Position numbers and translations under genes: made by a program. 64,000 bases of DNA from Candidatus Spongiisociaceae bacterium (GTDB lineage: Bacteria; Actinomycetota; Acidimicrobiia; Spongiisociales; Spongiisociaceae), in assembly GCA_965219685.1 (NCBI GenBank), contig CBDCOH010000002.1, positions 1,408,001 through 1,472,000 of the forward strand, in the 5' to 3' direction. This document shows positions 27,467 to 37,462 of this stretch, one piece after another (position 1 is the first letter of the stretch; every line of letters starts with the position of its first letter). The notes beneath the pieces were generated by a model. That model ran no database searches and had not been told where the DNA came from. It saw only the letters and a list, made by a program, of their open reading frames with translations.

Positions 27467-29197
27467 GTGATCAGGTCGCCGGCCAGGCGTCTAGCACTGC
27501 CAGCTGCCGTGATGATGGTGGTGACGGCGCTTCTCGTCGTGTCGGCGCCAGGCGGGGAATCGTCGACGTATCTGGGCTCCGTCCCGGCCGCCGCGGCCGC
27601 CTCTCAGCCGTCGGGGCCGGTGTCGTCAGGCAACCACGAGCCGACGGTGGCCTTCGCCGACACCGAGTACTCGGTCCTCTTGTTGGGACGCATATTCGGC
27701 CGCACCGAGGTTCCCGGAGGCAACCCCGACCTGCCCCGGGACTTAGCGGAGGCAGCTTCCACCAACACGTTCACATACTTCGGTGAACTGGAGACGGAGC
27801 AGCGGCACGACGCCGACTTGGATCTGACGTTCATGGTCGAGGGCCGGCCCGACGCATCCAACTACCAGTACTGCAGACAGGATTCGCCCACCTGCCACAA
27901 CACAGAGGTGAGAGTTCTCCCCGACAAGGGACTCCTGTACTTCTGGTACTCAGGAAGCACGATCAACGAGACCCACTGGCCGGCCGCATTCGCCCCCCAG
28001 CGGCTGGAAGTGTCGGCGTCCGAGACCGGCACTGGACTCAAGGTGTACCGGGAGGTGCTGGTGAACCCGCCGCCGGAGGCCGAGGGCTGCGAGGACTACG
28101 GCGAAAACAGCGTCGAGGCCTACGTCTGCATCTACCTGCGGGAGTTCATCCCCGACGGAGCCGGGGGTGGCAGCAACGAAGGGACGCTGCGGGCCGGCTT
28201 GCCCGGGCTGGTGTACGACAGTTCAAACTACAACCTGGTTTTTGCGGAAGAGTTCGACGGCACCCCTCCTGCCGCCAACGATGCAGGGTGCAGCGACGGC
28301 CTTTCCACGCTGGACGACTCGATTTGGAACTACAACGACGCCTGCGTAGAGGTGGACCCCCGGGGCGAGTCGTGCGGCAACATCGCCGACGGCAGCCTTA
28401 CGATCGCGAGGGCACACAAGTGCCGTGCGAAGCTGAGTACCTATGGCAAACTCCACTACAGATACGGATACCTGGAGTTCAAATACACAGTCAACATGGA
28501 TCGATGGACCGACTTACACGCCAACATGAACCTCTTAGCGTGGGTCCACAACAATTCGCGGAAGCATCTGTGGAGCCAATACGGCGTGCCGATGAACGAC
28601 TGGGAGGACTACCTCAAGTACGGCGATGTCGAAATGGACTTCTTGGAGTACGTTCCCCCCGGCAGACACCAGAGTTGGAATACGCACGCGAATTGGCACC
28701 AATCCATAGCCGACAACCTGCCGGGGTACAGGGGCCGCAAGCAGATCTATTTCTGCTGGAACTCGAACTATTCGTACTATGGGTTCTGGGTGAATCCCGG
28801 AACCTGCAGGGCTGCAACCACTTTCACAGTCACCCAGGGAGTGGAGTGGACCCCGCGCGGCTACCGCACCTTTATGAAATTAGACGACTTTCATGACGAA
28901 CTAACGTTGGTGACCGAGCAATACATAGAGATCACGGAGTTCAGGCAAGGGCGAGTAGTCCACCCTTCGGAGGACGAGCGGTCTCGCTACTTCGAATACA
29001 TCAAGCCCGATGACCCCAGCACGATTCTGGAGCAGGTCGCCATCGGCCACACGCCGAATCCTTTGAGCATCGCCACCTGGGGCTATCCGGCGAGCTTCGC
29101 TCGGCCGCCCTCTATACGCACCCGGATGGAGTTCGACTACGTCCGGCTGTGGCAGCCCGAGAACCACTACTCCGACATGGAGCCCGTGTACCAGTAG
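27467..29197 (+). CDS. Secreted protein: unknown N-terminal domain plus GH16-like domain, paralog 2
   Basis: Signal peptide; LVFAEEFDG, YRYGYLE, EMDFLE, MEFDYVRLWQ; collinear with paralog 1. Confidence 0.72.
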   Translation: MIRSPARRLALPAAVMMVVTALLVVSAPGGESSTYLGSVPAAAAASQPSGPVSSGNHEPTVAFADTEYSVLLLGRIFGRTEVPGGNPDLPRDLAEAASTNTFTYFGELETEQRHDADLDLTFMVEGRPDASNYQYCRQDSPTCHNTEVRVLPDKGLLYFWYSGSTINETHWPAAFAPQRLEVSASETGTGLKVYREVLVNPPPEAEGCEDYGENSVEAYVCIYLREFIPDGAGGGSNEGTLRAGLPGLVYDSSNYNLVFAEEFDGTPPAANDAGCSDGLSTLDDSIWNYNDACVEVDPRGESCGNIADGSLTIARAHKCRAKLSTYGKLHYRYGYLEFKYTVNMDRWTDLHANMNLLAWVHNNSRKHLWSQYGVPMNDWEDYLKYGDVEMDFLEYVPPGRHQSWNTHANWHQSIADNLPGYRGRKQIYFCWNSNYSYYGFWVNPGTCRAATTFTVTQGVEWTPRGYRTFMKLDDFHDELTLVTEQYIEITEFRQGRVVHPSEDERSRYFEYIKPDDPSTILEQVAIGHTPNPLSIATWGYPASFARPPSIRTRMEFDYVRLWQPENHYSDMEPVYQ

Positions 29198-29232
29198 GAA
29201 TTGGGCCCCGGCGAGCGTCAGCGGGCAGCCCA

Positions 29233-29733
29233 CTAGCTGTCGGTAGGCGAATTCTCCCAGCGAACCTCTCCGAAGCGGGCGAAGTCGGTGTCGGCGCTCA
29301 TCACCGTGAGGCCGTGCTCAGTGGCGAGAGCCGCCAGCATGGCGTCGGGCACCAGATTGGCCGTGACGTGATGGCCGGTGACGAGTTCGCCCAGGATGGC
29401 GGCGGCGCGGCGCAGGTCACTCCACTGCTTCAGGGCGCGGCCGTCGGGATAGAGCCGCAGCACGGTCGGCTCCGGCTGGCGGACGGTGACACGTCCGGCG
29501 AGCCCCATGTCCCGGATCACCGGTCGTTGCAGGCCCCACAGCCGGAACGCGCACGTGGAGAAGCGGAACCCGTCGATGAGTTCTTCCGTGGCGACAGCGC
29601 CGCCCACGTGGCTGCGCGCTTCGAGAAGCCGCACCCGGAACCCGGCACGCGCCAGGTAGAACGCCGTCACCAACCCGTTGTGCCCGGCTCCCACGATGAC
29701 GACATCCGTGCCGGTCCTCGTCGAGCCCCTCAC
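29233..29733 (-). pseudogene. Chimera: phytoene-dehydrogenase-like FAD oxidoreductase N-terminus fused to VapC/PIN toxin C-terminus
   Basis: VVIVGAGHNGL...LEARSHVGGAVATEE, then ANLVPDAMLAALATEHGLTVMSADTDFARFGEVRWEN; junction at about 29400-29415. Confidence 0.75.
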
Positions 29734-29738
29734 GGGCG

Positions 29739-31214
29739 TCAGCCCACTATCGGCCAGGGGGTGAAGCTCCCCGGACCCACCTCGTTCTCGAAGCGGGAAG
29801 CGGCCGCATCGATCCGGCGATACGCCTCCGCCGCGTCGAAGCGGGTGAAGCGACCCCCGTCGTAGATGGCTTCCCCGTCGACGATGACCGTGTCGACCGT
29901 GCGGGACTGCCGGTAGAACACCAGGCTGTCGACGGGATCCTGGAATCTGGGGTGCGCTTCGGGACGATCCAGCGAGTGGATCACGATGTCGGCGCGCTTG
30001 CCGACTTCCAGCGACCCGATCTCGTCTGCCATGCCCACAGCCGCCGCGCCGTGCAGTGTTGCCATCTCGAGGATCGTCTCCCCCGTGAAGACCGGCATCT
30101 CGTTCCGGACCTCGCGGAATCCAACCGCGGCGAGATACATCTGCCGCCCGACGTCGCGCCGTGCGCTCACCCCATCGGACCCGAGGGCGACCGTTGAACC
30201 GGCGCGCACCATCTCCGGGAAACGGCCCATCCGCAGGGCGCCCATACCCCGGCGTACCGAGGCGGTCGGGCAGTGGACGACGCTGGTGCCCGACTCGATC
30301 GTGAGCTCCAGCTCGCGCTCGTCGAGGTGGATCATGTGCACGAGCGTGAGCCCCGGTCCGAGGATTCCGAGGTCGGCGAGGTGTTCGAGGGGCCGCTTAC
30401 CGTGCTCGTCGAGCGAGGCGCTGACCTCCTCGGGCCCCCAGGACTGATGCATGAGCATGGGCACCCGGTGCTCGTGCGCCAACTCCCTGGCTCGGACAAG
30501 CAGCTCGTCGGTGTTCCGTCCGCTGCCGAACAGGTTGACTACGCCCCTCACCCGTCGCTCGCTGTGAAACGGGTGATCCTCGATCTGGCGCTGCAGCCGC
30601 TCGAGCGCGACGGGGGTGGTCACCCCGAGGATGTCGATCTCCGACTGCGGCATCGAGCCGAACCGCGGGTCCTCGAGCTCGTCGGCATCGATCTCCAGGT
30701 TGCCGTCGATGAGAAAGTGGCCCGGGAAGCCCCGGATACCCACCATCTCGAGGGCGCGCACCTCGTCCTCCAGCCAGAAAGCGCTCCCGGTATCGGCGAA
30801 CATCGTTGTGCCGTTGGCGACCATCTCCATGGACGAGATCAGAGTGCCGAAGTGGTCCATCTCCGGTGAGCGTGCATCCCACAGGGCCAACTCCAGGTCG
30901 CTCCAGTCGGCCGTGTCTTTGGGCGCGAACCCGCGGATCAGCTCTTGGCTGTTGACATGAACGTGGGCATCGATGAATCCGGGGTGAACAAGGGCGCCTT
31001 GCAGGTCGCGTTCCGCTGCGCCGTCGGGCACCGCAATCTCGTCGTCCGGTCCGATGGCGACGATCCGGCCGCTGCCGATCGCGATCGAACCATCCAGCAG
31101 GATACGGCGATCGGTATCCATCGTGATGATGTGACCGTGCCGCAGCACGGTGTCCACACCGGTTGCCGGACGCTCTTCGCCTGCAGGCGTCACGTCGACC
31201 TGCTCCGGCTCCAC
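29739..31214 (-). CDS. Amidohydrolase (AtzA/TrzA/SsnA-like), paralog of 58443-59894
   Basis: PGFIDAHVH, GTT, VHCP, ALGSDG, GSLEVGKRAD; start uncertain (GTG at 31214). Confidence 0.88.
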   Translation of the reverse strand: MEPEQVDVTPAGEERPATGVDTVLRHGHIITMDTDRRILLDGSIAIGSGRIVAIGPDDEIAVPDGAAERDLQGALVHPGFIDAHVHVNSQELIRGFAPKDTADWSDLELALWDARSPEMDHFGTLISSMEMVANGTTMFADTGSAFWLEDEVRALEMVGIRGFPGHFLIDGNLEIDADELEDPRFGSMPQSEIDILGVTTPVALERLQRQIEDHPFHSERRVRGVVNLFGSGRNTDELLVRARELAHEHRVPMLMHQSWGPEEVSASLDEHGKRPLEHLADLGILGPGLTLVHMIHLDERELELTIESGTSVVHCPTASVRRGMGALRMGRFPEMVRAGSTVALGSDGVSARRDVGRQMYLAAVGFREVRNEMPVFTGETILEMATLHGAAAVGMADEIGSLEVGKRADIVIHSLDRPEAHPRFQDPVDSLVFYRQSRTVDTVIVDGEAIYDGGRFTRFDAAEAYRRIDAAASRFENEVGPGSFTPWPIVG

Positions 31215-31240
31215 GGTCTCTACGCTGCCTTGCCTGCCGC

Positions 31241-32182
31241 CTACGACCCGACGAGCCAACGGCGGGGGTTGTCCTGGGTGATCTTCTTTATCGCCTCTTC
31301 CGTAATGCCCAGATCGAGCAGCGCCGGGAGGAACGTCTCGGAGAGATACACGAAGCCGGGACCGCCGTGGGTCTTGAACTGAGGGAACTTGCAGGTGTCG
31401 TGGGAGAGCAGGACATAGTCCTCATGTCCCTTGTCGACCAACTCCTTCACGGTGTTCATGATGTGCTCCTCGAAGGTTCCCAGACCAGTGAATTGCCCGC
31501 AGTTGTCGAACATGACGAGGGCTCCTCGTGCGATGAGACCCTCGAGGAATTCCATGTGGGGATAGGAATCGCAATGGCCGACCGCGACCCGAGACATGTC
31601 GACATCCTCTTCCTCGAAAATCGTCAGGATGTCGGGTGCGACGGGGCCGATAGCGTGGATCGCACCCAGCGCGAGTCCGGTTGCCTTGTGGGCCCGTGCC
31701 GCCGCTCGCAGCACCCTCTCCTCCACCGGAGCGACCCAGGTCTTCTCCACACCGATCTCGCCGATCACCCCGGGCTTGATGCCGGTCCCGTCGACTCCCT
31801 CTGTGATCTCTGCGATGAGCTGGTCGGCGAGGGATCCGACGGTACGTCTCTCGATCACATCCTCGGGCCGGTAGTAATTGCCCCGATACCATCCGCACCC
31901 CATCACGATCTGGACGCCCGTGGTCTCAGAAAGCTTACGCAGGCGCTCCGGCGACCTGCCGATGTCCGGTACGGTCAGATCGACGAGAGTGGTTCCGCCC
32001 AGTTCTCCGAACGCCGCGACCTCGGCCGTGACGACGCGGTCGTCGTCGAACTGGTCGGGGAAGTCGTAGCGGTGCGCCGCCTGGCGGAGTTGACAATAGG
32101 GATGCTCATGGGGAAGCACGTAGCCGAGTTGGTCTGCTGGGATGGGCCCCAGAACGGTCATCACGCTTCCCGGGTCCGACAT
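31241..32182 (-). CDS. Phosphotriesterase-homology (PTE/PHP) family hydrolase
   Basis: VMTVLGPI, HEH, DIGRSP, GVIGEIG, VGHCD, LSHD, DNPRRWL. Confidence 0.9.
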   Translation of the reverse strand: MSDPGSVMTVLGPIPADQLGYVLPHEHPYCQLRQAAHRYDFPDQFDDDRVVTAEVAAFGELGGTTLVDLTVPDIGRSPERLRKLSETTGVQIVMGCGWYRGNYYRPEDVIERRTVGSLADQLIAEITEGVDGTGIKPGVIGEIGVEKTWVAPVEERVLRAAARAHKATGLALGAIHAIGPVAPDILTIFEEEDVDMSRVAVGHCDSYPHMEFLEGLIARGALVMFDNCGQFTGLGTFEEHIMNTVKELVDKGHEDYVLLSHDTCKFPQFKTHGGPGFVYLSETFLPALLDLGITEEAIKKITQDNPRRWLVGS

Positions 32183-32319
32183 GATCCATCTCCTGCGTTG
32201 TTGCCTGACTCCGCGACAGTAAACGGGCCCGTGTCAGCGAGTCAACCGGTCCCGCACGCCGGCATCGCGGGCTCGCTCGGTCGCGTTTTCGGGAAGGAGA
32301 ACGACATGGAATGCCCGCC

Positions 32320-33324
32320 ATGACGGGCCAGCTCGTCGTGGGCGTCGAAGGTCCCGGAACACCTGCTCGCGACTGGTCCGTCGAGCGCGACCTGCTCGAT
32401 GCGGCGGGCGCCGCCCTCATGACATCCATTTGCGCAAGCGAGGAAGAAGCGGCCGCAGCCTTGCGCGACGCCGACGCCGGACTCGTCCACACGAGCCCGA
32501 TCACCGGTGTCATCCTGGACATCGCCTCGAAGTGCCGCGCTCTGATCCTCGGCGGCGTCGGCTACGAACACGTCGATCTGGACCTCGCCTCCGAGCGCGG
32601 TATTGCGGTCGCCAACGTGCCGGACTACTGCGTCGAGGAGGTGTCGGATCACGCCCTCGCCCTGCTCCTGGCCCTCGCCAGAGGCCTGATCCCCTTGCAT
32701 ACAGCCAGCCGTCGCGGAGAGTGGGACCATCTAGCGGGAGGCAGGCTCACACGCGTCCGGGGATGCCGGCTCGGTCTCTACGGATTCGGGCGTATCGCTT
32801 GCCGGCTCGCGGGCAAGGCGCGTGGTATCGGGCTCGAGGTCATGGCGTTCGACCCGTATGTGGACCGCTCCGAGATGGCAGACGCCTCGGTGATTCCGGC
32901 GGAGAGCCTGGCCCAGCTTCTCGGCTGCTCCGACTTCGTGTCGCTGCACACCCATCAGACCCCGGAGACGGAGAACGTGATCAACGCCGATTCGATCCGG
33001 CTGATGAAACCGGGCGCCCGACTCGTCAACGTGTCTCGCGGCGCGTTGATCGAGGAGCGAGCGCTCTACGAGGCCCTCCGCTCCGGGCGCCTGGCCGGGG
33101 CGGCTCTCGACGTCATGGCCACCGAACCGTTCGACATGCACAGCCCGCTTCTGCGGCTCGACAACCTGGTCGTCACGCCGCACGCCGCGTGGTACTCGGA
33201 GCAGTCGGAACGCGAGCTCGGCAGGAAGATGGCCGGCGCGGCGATCCAGGCGCTGCGAGGAGAGCTTCCCGACCACACGATCAACGCACAGGCGGAGCCG
33301 CGCTTCTCGTGGATCGATTCGTGA
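32320..33324 (+). CDS. D-2-hydroxyacid dehydrogenase (CtBP-like)
   Basis: NVPDYCVEEVSDHA, GFGRIA, VNVSRG, ALDV..EP, TPHAAWYSE. Confidence 0.9.
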   Translation: MTGQLVVGVEGPGTPARDWSVERDLLDAAGAALMTSICASEEEAAAALRDADAGLVHTSPITGVILDIASKCRALILGGVGYEHVDLDLASERGIAVANVPDYCVEEVSDHALALLLALARGLIPLHTASRRGEWDHLAGGRLTRVRGCRLGLYGFGRIACRLAGKARGIGLEVMAFDPYVDRSEMADASVIPAESLAQLLGCSDFVSLHTHQTPETENVINADSIRLMKPGARLVNVSRGALIEERALYEALRSGRLAGAALDVMATEPFDMHSPLLRLDNLVVTPHAAWYSEQSERELGRKMAGAAIQALRGELPDHTINAQAEPRFSWIDS

Positions 33325-33374
33325 GGCGCCGGCAGCTTGGAAGGTGACGAGGGCGAGCCTACCAAGGAATCGCC

Positions 33375-33396
33375 AGATAACAAGATAACTTTATCA
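33375..33396 (+). promoter_or_regulatory. AT-rich GATAAC direct/inverted repeat, candidate operator upstream of the ABC operon
   Basis: agataacaagataactttatca in an otherwise GC-rich context. Confidence 0.35.
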
Positions 33397-33597
33397 AGTT
33401 TAAGACTGTTCAGTGGCTGCGCCTTCAGCCCACTTGCAAGCGACCAGCACGTCCCCCAGGAGTCACTCCTGAGCATCCTCCCGAGTCGCCAACTGCTCAC
33501 CGGACGACTTCAAGGGCGATGCATGTATGATCACGGATCACCTGGCCCCGCGGTCGTTACCCGCGTCTTCCGGGGTCTAAAAGACGAAGGGAGAGAC

Positions 33598-35448
33598 ATG
33601 CTCAGGCAACGAACGGTCCGCTGGTTGGCGGTTCTGCTGACGATGGCGATCTTCGCAGCAGCTTGCGGCGACGACGACACCGAGGACGCCGCCCCTGCCA
33701 CTACGGCGGCGCCCGCAACGACTGCGGCGGCGCCTGCTACAACGGCCCCGCCGGACACCACCGCCGCACCCGAGGAGACGACTGCCACCACGGTGGTCGA
33801 GGTAGGCACCACCACCACGACCGAGGCGCCGGCCGGCGAGACGACCACTACGGCTGCCCCGACCACGACCACCACCGAGGCGATGGCCGAGCCCCTGACG
33901 GGCCGCGCCGCGACCGTTGTGATCGGCAAGAAGATGGATGCCGACACCGTGTTCGACCCGGCCAGGGCCTTCGAGGAACTGTACGTGCTTGTGCTCGGAT
34001 CCGTCTACGACACGCTCGTGCAGTGGGCGCCGACCGACAACGGATATGACTACCAGACGCTGATCCCCGAGCTGGCCACTGACTGGTCGTCCAACGACGA
34101 CGCCACGCAGTGGACCTTCACGCTGGACCCGAACGCTCGCTTCCACGATGGGTCCGCTGTCACCTCGGAGGACGTGGCCTACTCGTTCATGCGCCTCAAG
34201 AACGTGGCGGGAACGCCGTCCTACCAGGCGGCCAACATCGACAGCGCCGAAACCCCCGACGCCCAGACCGTCGTGTTCAACCTGGCCGCTCCCGATCCCG
34301 AGTTCCCGGCCCTGACCACGGCCGCCGCTTTCAGCGTCCTCAACAGCGAGTTGGTGACGGCCAACGGTGGTTCGGCCGGCGAGGACGCTTCGGAGACCGA
34401 CACGGCCGGGGAGTGGCTCGCTCTGAACAGCGCCGGCTCGGGTCCCTTCATGTTCGACTTCTCCGAGCCGGGTAGCCGTCTCGAGATCGTCCGGGTCGAC
34501 GACTACTGGGGCGGTCCGCCTGCCGCCATGGAGCGGGTCATCTTCGTGAACATCCCCGAAGCACAGTCGCGCATCGACGCGTTGAGCCGCGGCGACATCG
34601 ACCTGGCGTGGACGGTGATCCCGCACCAGGCCGCGTCGCTGGGCGGGGACTTCACGATCCTGCAGGCCAACACCAACCACTGGTACTACGTGATGTTCAC
34701 CACGGATCCGGACAACAACGCGTTCGTTGCCAACCCGACGGTCCAGAAGGCGCTGAAGTACGCCATCGACTACGACGGCCTCCAGCGACTCTGCCCCGGA
34801 TACACCGCCAACCGGGTGTACGGGCTCGCACCGATGCGGCTCGGAGGGATCACGGAAGGCTACGAGCGCGACCTGGACAAGGCCCGCGAGCTGCTGGTCG
34901 AGGCGGGCTATCCCGACGGCTACGACGATGCGGAGAACCCGATCCGTCTCCAGACCTTCCAGTGGAGCGGGTTCTGCCCGGGCTTCGGCGACGTCGCGCA
35001 GAAGCTGGCCGCTGACTTCGCGGACATCGGCGTGAAGACCGAGGTTCAGATCCGTGACGCCGGCGTCTTCTTCACCGACTTCCGCAAGGGCGACCTCGAC
35101 ATCAACGTGAGCGACTGGTTCCCCGAGTACCCGTCGGCGATGAACTCGGCACAGGTGTCGTTCGCAGACGGCTTCCTCTCATGGCAGCGGTCGCTGTGGC
35201 CGGACAACGCTGAGGGATGGCCGCTCTACGAGGAAACGCTGGCGGCGGGCCACGCCGCGCTGGCGGCGATCGACCCGGCGGAGCGGATCAGGCTCCTGAA
35301 CGAGACCGAGCGCCTGAGCCTGGAGAGCAACCCGACCCACCTGATGGTCGAGATCCCCGAGTGGTACCCGCATGTCAACACCCTGACGGGCGTCTACTAC
35401 CACGCCGTCTACCGGTTCGAGCCCTACCGGATGGGGCGGTCCCAGTAG
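33598..35448 (+). CDS. Dpp/Opp ABC transporter substrate-binding lipoprotein
   Basis: Lipobox FAAAC, Thr/Ala/Pro linker, FHDGSAVTSEDV, GSGPF, ALKYAID. Confidence 0.9.
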   Translation: MLRQRTVRWLAVLLTMAIFAAACGDDDTEDAAPATTAAPATTAAAPATTAPPDTTAAPEETTATTVVEVGTTTTTEAPAGETTTTAAPTTTTTEAMAEPLTGRAATVVIGKKMDADTVFDPARAFEELYVLVLGSVYDTLVQWAPTDNGYDYQTLIPELATDWSSNDDATQWTFTLDPNARFHDGSAVTSEDVAYSFMRLKNVAGTPSYQAANIDSAETPDAQTVVFNLAAPDPEFPALTTAAAFSVLNSELVTANGGSAGEDASETDTAGEWLALNSAGSGPFMFDFSEPGSRLEIVRVDDYWGGPPAAMERVIFVNIPEAQSRIDALSRGDIDLAWTVIPHQAASLGGDFTILQANTNHWYYVMFTTDPDNNAFVANPTVQKALKYAIDYDGLQRLCPGYTANRVYGLAPMRLGGITEGYERDLDKARELLVEAGYPDGYDDAENPIRLQTFQWSGFCPGFGDVAQKLAADFADIGVKTEVQIRDAGVFFTDFRKGDLDINVSDWFPEYPSAMNSAQVSFADGFLSWQRSLWPDNAEGWPLYEETLAAGHAALAAIDPAERIRLLNETERLSLESNPTHLMVEIPEWYPHVNTLTGVYYHAVYRFEPYRMGRSQ

Positions 35449-35476
35449 TCGAGGCGTCGCAGGACTACGGACAACC

Positions 35477-35509
35477 GATCGGGGGCGACCCAGCCGGGCG
35501 CCCCCGATC
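35477..35509 (+). promoter_or_regulatory. Intercistronic stem-loop after the binding-protein gene (mRNA stabiliser/attenuator)
   Basis: gatcgggggcg-N11-cgcccccgatc, an 11-bp perfect stem. Confidence 0.65.
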
Positions 35510-35549
35510 CCCGGTCGAGCGACTGACCCCATGACACGGAGTACGTGAG

Positions 35550-36587
35550 ATGCGCTGGGTCGTGTTACGGCGCCTCGCCCTAGCGCCGTTCGTGCTGCTG
35601 GGCATGACCTGCATAACCTTCTTCGTGTCCCAGTTGATCCCCATCGACCCGGTCGCGGCTTACCTTGGGGGTCGGGGAGCCTCTCAATCCGACGCCGCGG
35701 AACAGGCCATCATCGACGCCCTCAATGCCCGGTGGGGATGGGACAGACCGATCCCGGAGCGTTACTGGATCTACCTGACCAACCTGGCACAGGGCGACAT
35801 GGGCGAATCGAGCCACTCGGCGCGCGCGGTCAGCACCGACCTCGCCAACGTGGTGCCTCCCACCATCGAGTTGGTGGTGGCAGCCTTGCTGGTCGCTTTG
35901 GTCTTCGGCATCCCGCTCGGCGTGTTCGCGGCAGCCCGGCGGGGAGGCGTCTGGGACAATCTCTTCAAGGTGGTGTCCACCCTGGCGATCTCAGTCCCGG
36001 TGTTCTGGCTGGCCATCGTCGGGTTCACCGTCTTCTACGGACGGCTCGGATGGGCGGCCGGGCCGGGACAGTTGGACATCTTCACCCGCCCGCCGCCGGA
36101 CGTGACCGGGATGGTGACCGTCGACTCCATCCTGGCCCGCCGTTGGGACGCCCTCCTCGACACCCTGCACCATCTGGCGTTTCCCGCCCTGGTCCTGGGT
36201 CTGGTGATCGGCTTCTACTTCGCCCGCGTGGTCCGCTCGGAGATGGTCGACGCCCTGGAGTCGGACTACGTCCGCACCGCCCGTGGCAAGGGTCTGCGCC
36301 GGCGCCTGGTCCTCTACCGCCACGCCTTGCGCAACGCGGTCATCCCGGTGATCACGCTCTCGGGCCTCGCCTTCGGATCCCTGCTCACCGGGATCATCGT
36401 GGTCGAACATGTGGTGGGCTGGCCGGGCCTCGGCCAGTACGCCTTCACAGCGGCCACCCGCCTGGACCTCAACGCCATCGCCGGCGTGGTGCTGGTGATC
36501 AGCCTCGCCTACGTGCTGGCGAACCTGGCGGTCGACCTGCTCTATACGGTGGCCGACCCGCGGGTACGCGACGGGATGAGGTCATGA
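35550..36587 (+). CDS. ABC permease (DppB-like)
   Basis: DYVRTARGKGL, HALRNAVIP, WPGLG, DPRVR. Confidence 0.93.
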   Translation: MRWVVLRRLALAPFVLLGMTCITFFVSQLIPIDPVAAYLGGRGASQSDAAEQAIIDALNARWGWDRPIPERYWIYLTNLAQGDMGESSHSARAVSTDLANVVPPTIELVVAALLVALVFGIPLGVFAAARRGGVWDNLFKVVSTLAISVPVFWLAIVGFTVFYGRLGWAAGPGQLDIFTRPPPDVTGMVTVDSILARRWDALLDTLHHLAFPALVLGLVIGFYFARVVRSEMVDALESDYVRTARGKGLRRRLVLYRHALRNAVIPVITLSGLAFGSLLTGIIVVEHVVGWPGLGQYAFTAATRLDLNAIAGVVLVISLAYVLANLAVDLLYTVADPRVRDGMRS

Positions 36588-37462
36588 CATCGGGCCGGCT
36601 CCGCCGTCTCCAGGAGACGATCCCGCATGCCCGTCTCGCCACGACGCTGACGTCACTCCGACCCCGCACCGCCCTCGAGACGTACGGTGTGGTGGTGATA
36701 CTGGTGATGGTGGCGGCGATCGCAGCCGCGCCACTCGTCGCTCCGGATCCGCTGGCCCAGGACCTCCCGTCGGCCCTGACCGGTTCGACTGCCGACCACT
36801 GGCTGGGCACCGACAACCTGGGCCGCGATCTGTGGTCGCGGATCCTCTACGGGGGTCGCGTGTCGCTGGTGATCGGCGTCTTCGTCCTCCTGACGGCGGG
36901 TGCCGTCGGGGTCCTCTACGGCGCGGTGTCCGGATACGCCGGGGGGATGGTCGACGCGGTGATGATGCGGATAGTCGACATCTTCCTGTCCTTCCCCTCC
37001 ATCATGCTGGCCCTGCTCATCTCCGCGGCGCTGGGACCCACCGTGAGGAACGTCATCATCGCCATCGCGGCCGCCTGGTGGCCGGTCTACGCCCGGCTGG
37101 TCCGGGGCCAGGTGATCGTGGTGAAGGAGCGCGAGTTCGTGACCGCCTCGCGGGCGCTCGGGGCCGGCCCGATCCGCAACCTGTTCCGAACGGTCCTCCC
37201 GAACAGCTTCGGGGTCATGAAGACGATCTTCGTCCTAGACGTCGGCTACGCCATCCTGGCCGGATCGACACTCGGCTTCCTGGGCCTAGGTGTCTCGCCC
37301 CCGACGCCCGAGTGGGGGTACATGATCCGGGAGGCGCTCCAGTACCCAACCCACTGGTGGTTCATCCTCAGCCCGGGCCTCGCCCTACTGCTGTTCGTGT
37401 CGGCTATCAACTTCGCCGGGGGCATCGTTACCCGGTCGGTGCATGAAGTCCCCGTCCGCTGA
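36584..37462 (+). CDS. ABC permease (DppC-like)
   Basis: HWLGTDNLGRD, YGGRVSL, FLGLGVSPPTPEWG; ATGA coupling. Confidence 0.93.
   Translation: MTSGRLRRLQETIPHARLATTLTSLRPRTALETYGVVVILVMVAAIAAAPLVAPDPLAQDLPSALTGSTADHWLGTDNLGRDLWSRILYGGRVSLVIGVFVLLTAGAVGVLYGAVSGYAGGMVDAVMMRIVDIFLSFPSIMLALLISAALGPTVRNVIIAIAAAWWPVYARLVRGQVIVVKEREFVTASRALGAGPIRNLFRTVLPNSFGVMKTIFVLDVGYAILAGSTLGFLGLGVSPPTPEWGYMIREALQYPTHWWFILSPGLALLLFVSAINFAGGIVTRSVHEVPVR

Noticed and set aside
25443-29197. Diversity-generating retroelement, with the relic as template repeat
   Set aside because: No reverse transcriptase in the window. Differences are not adenine-restricted and include indels. The relic also shares the paralog's downstream flank, which fits a decayed gene copy.
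33690-33885. Repetitive acc/gcc tracts (also ~61680-61950) as a possible array
   Set aside because: They encode Thr/Ala/Pro linkers of exported proteins; no repeat-spacer structure.
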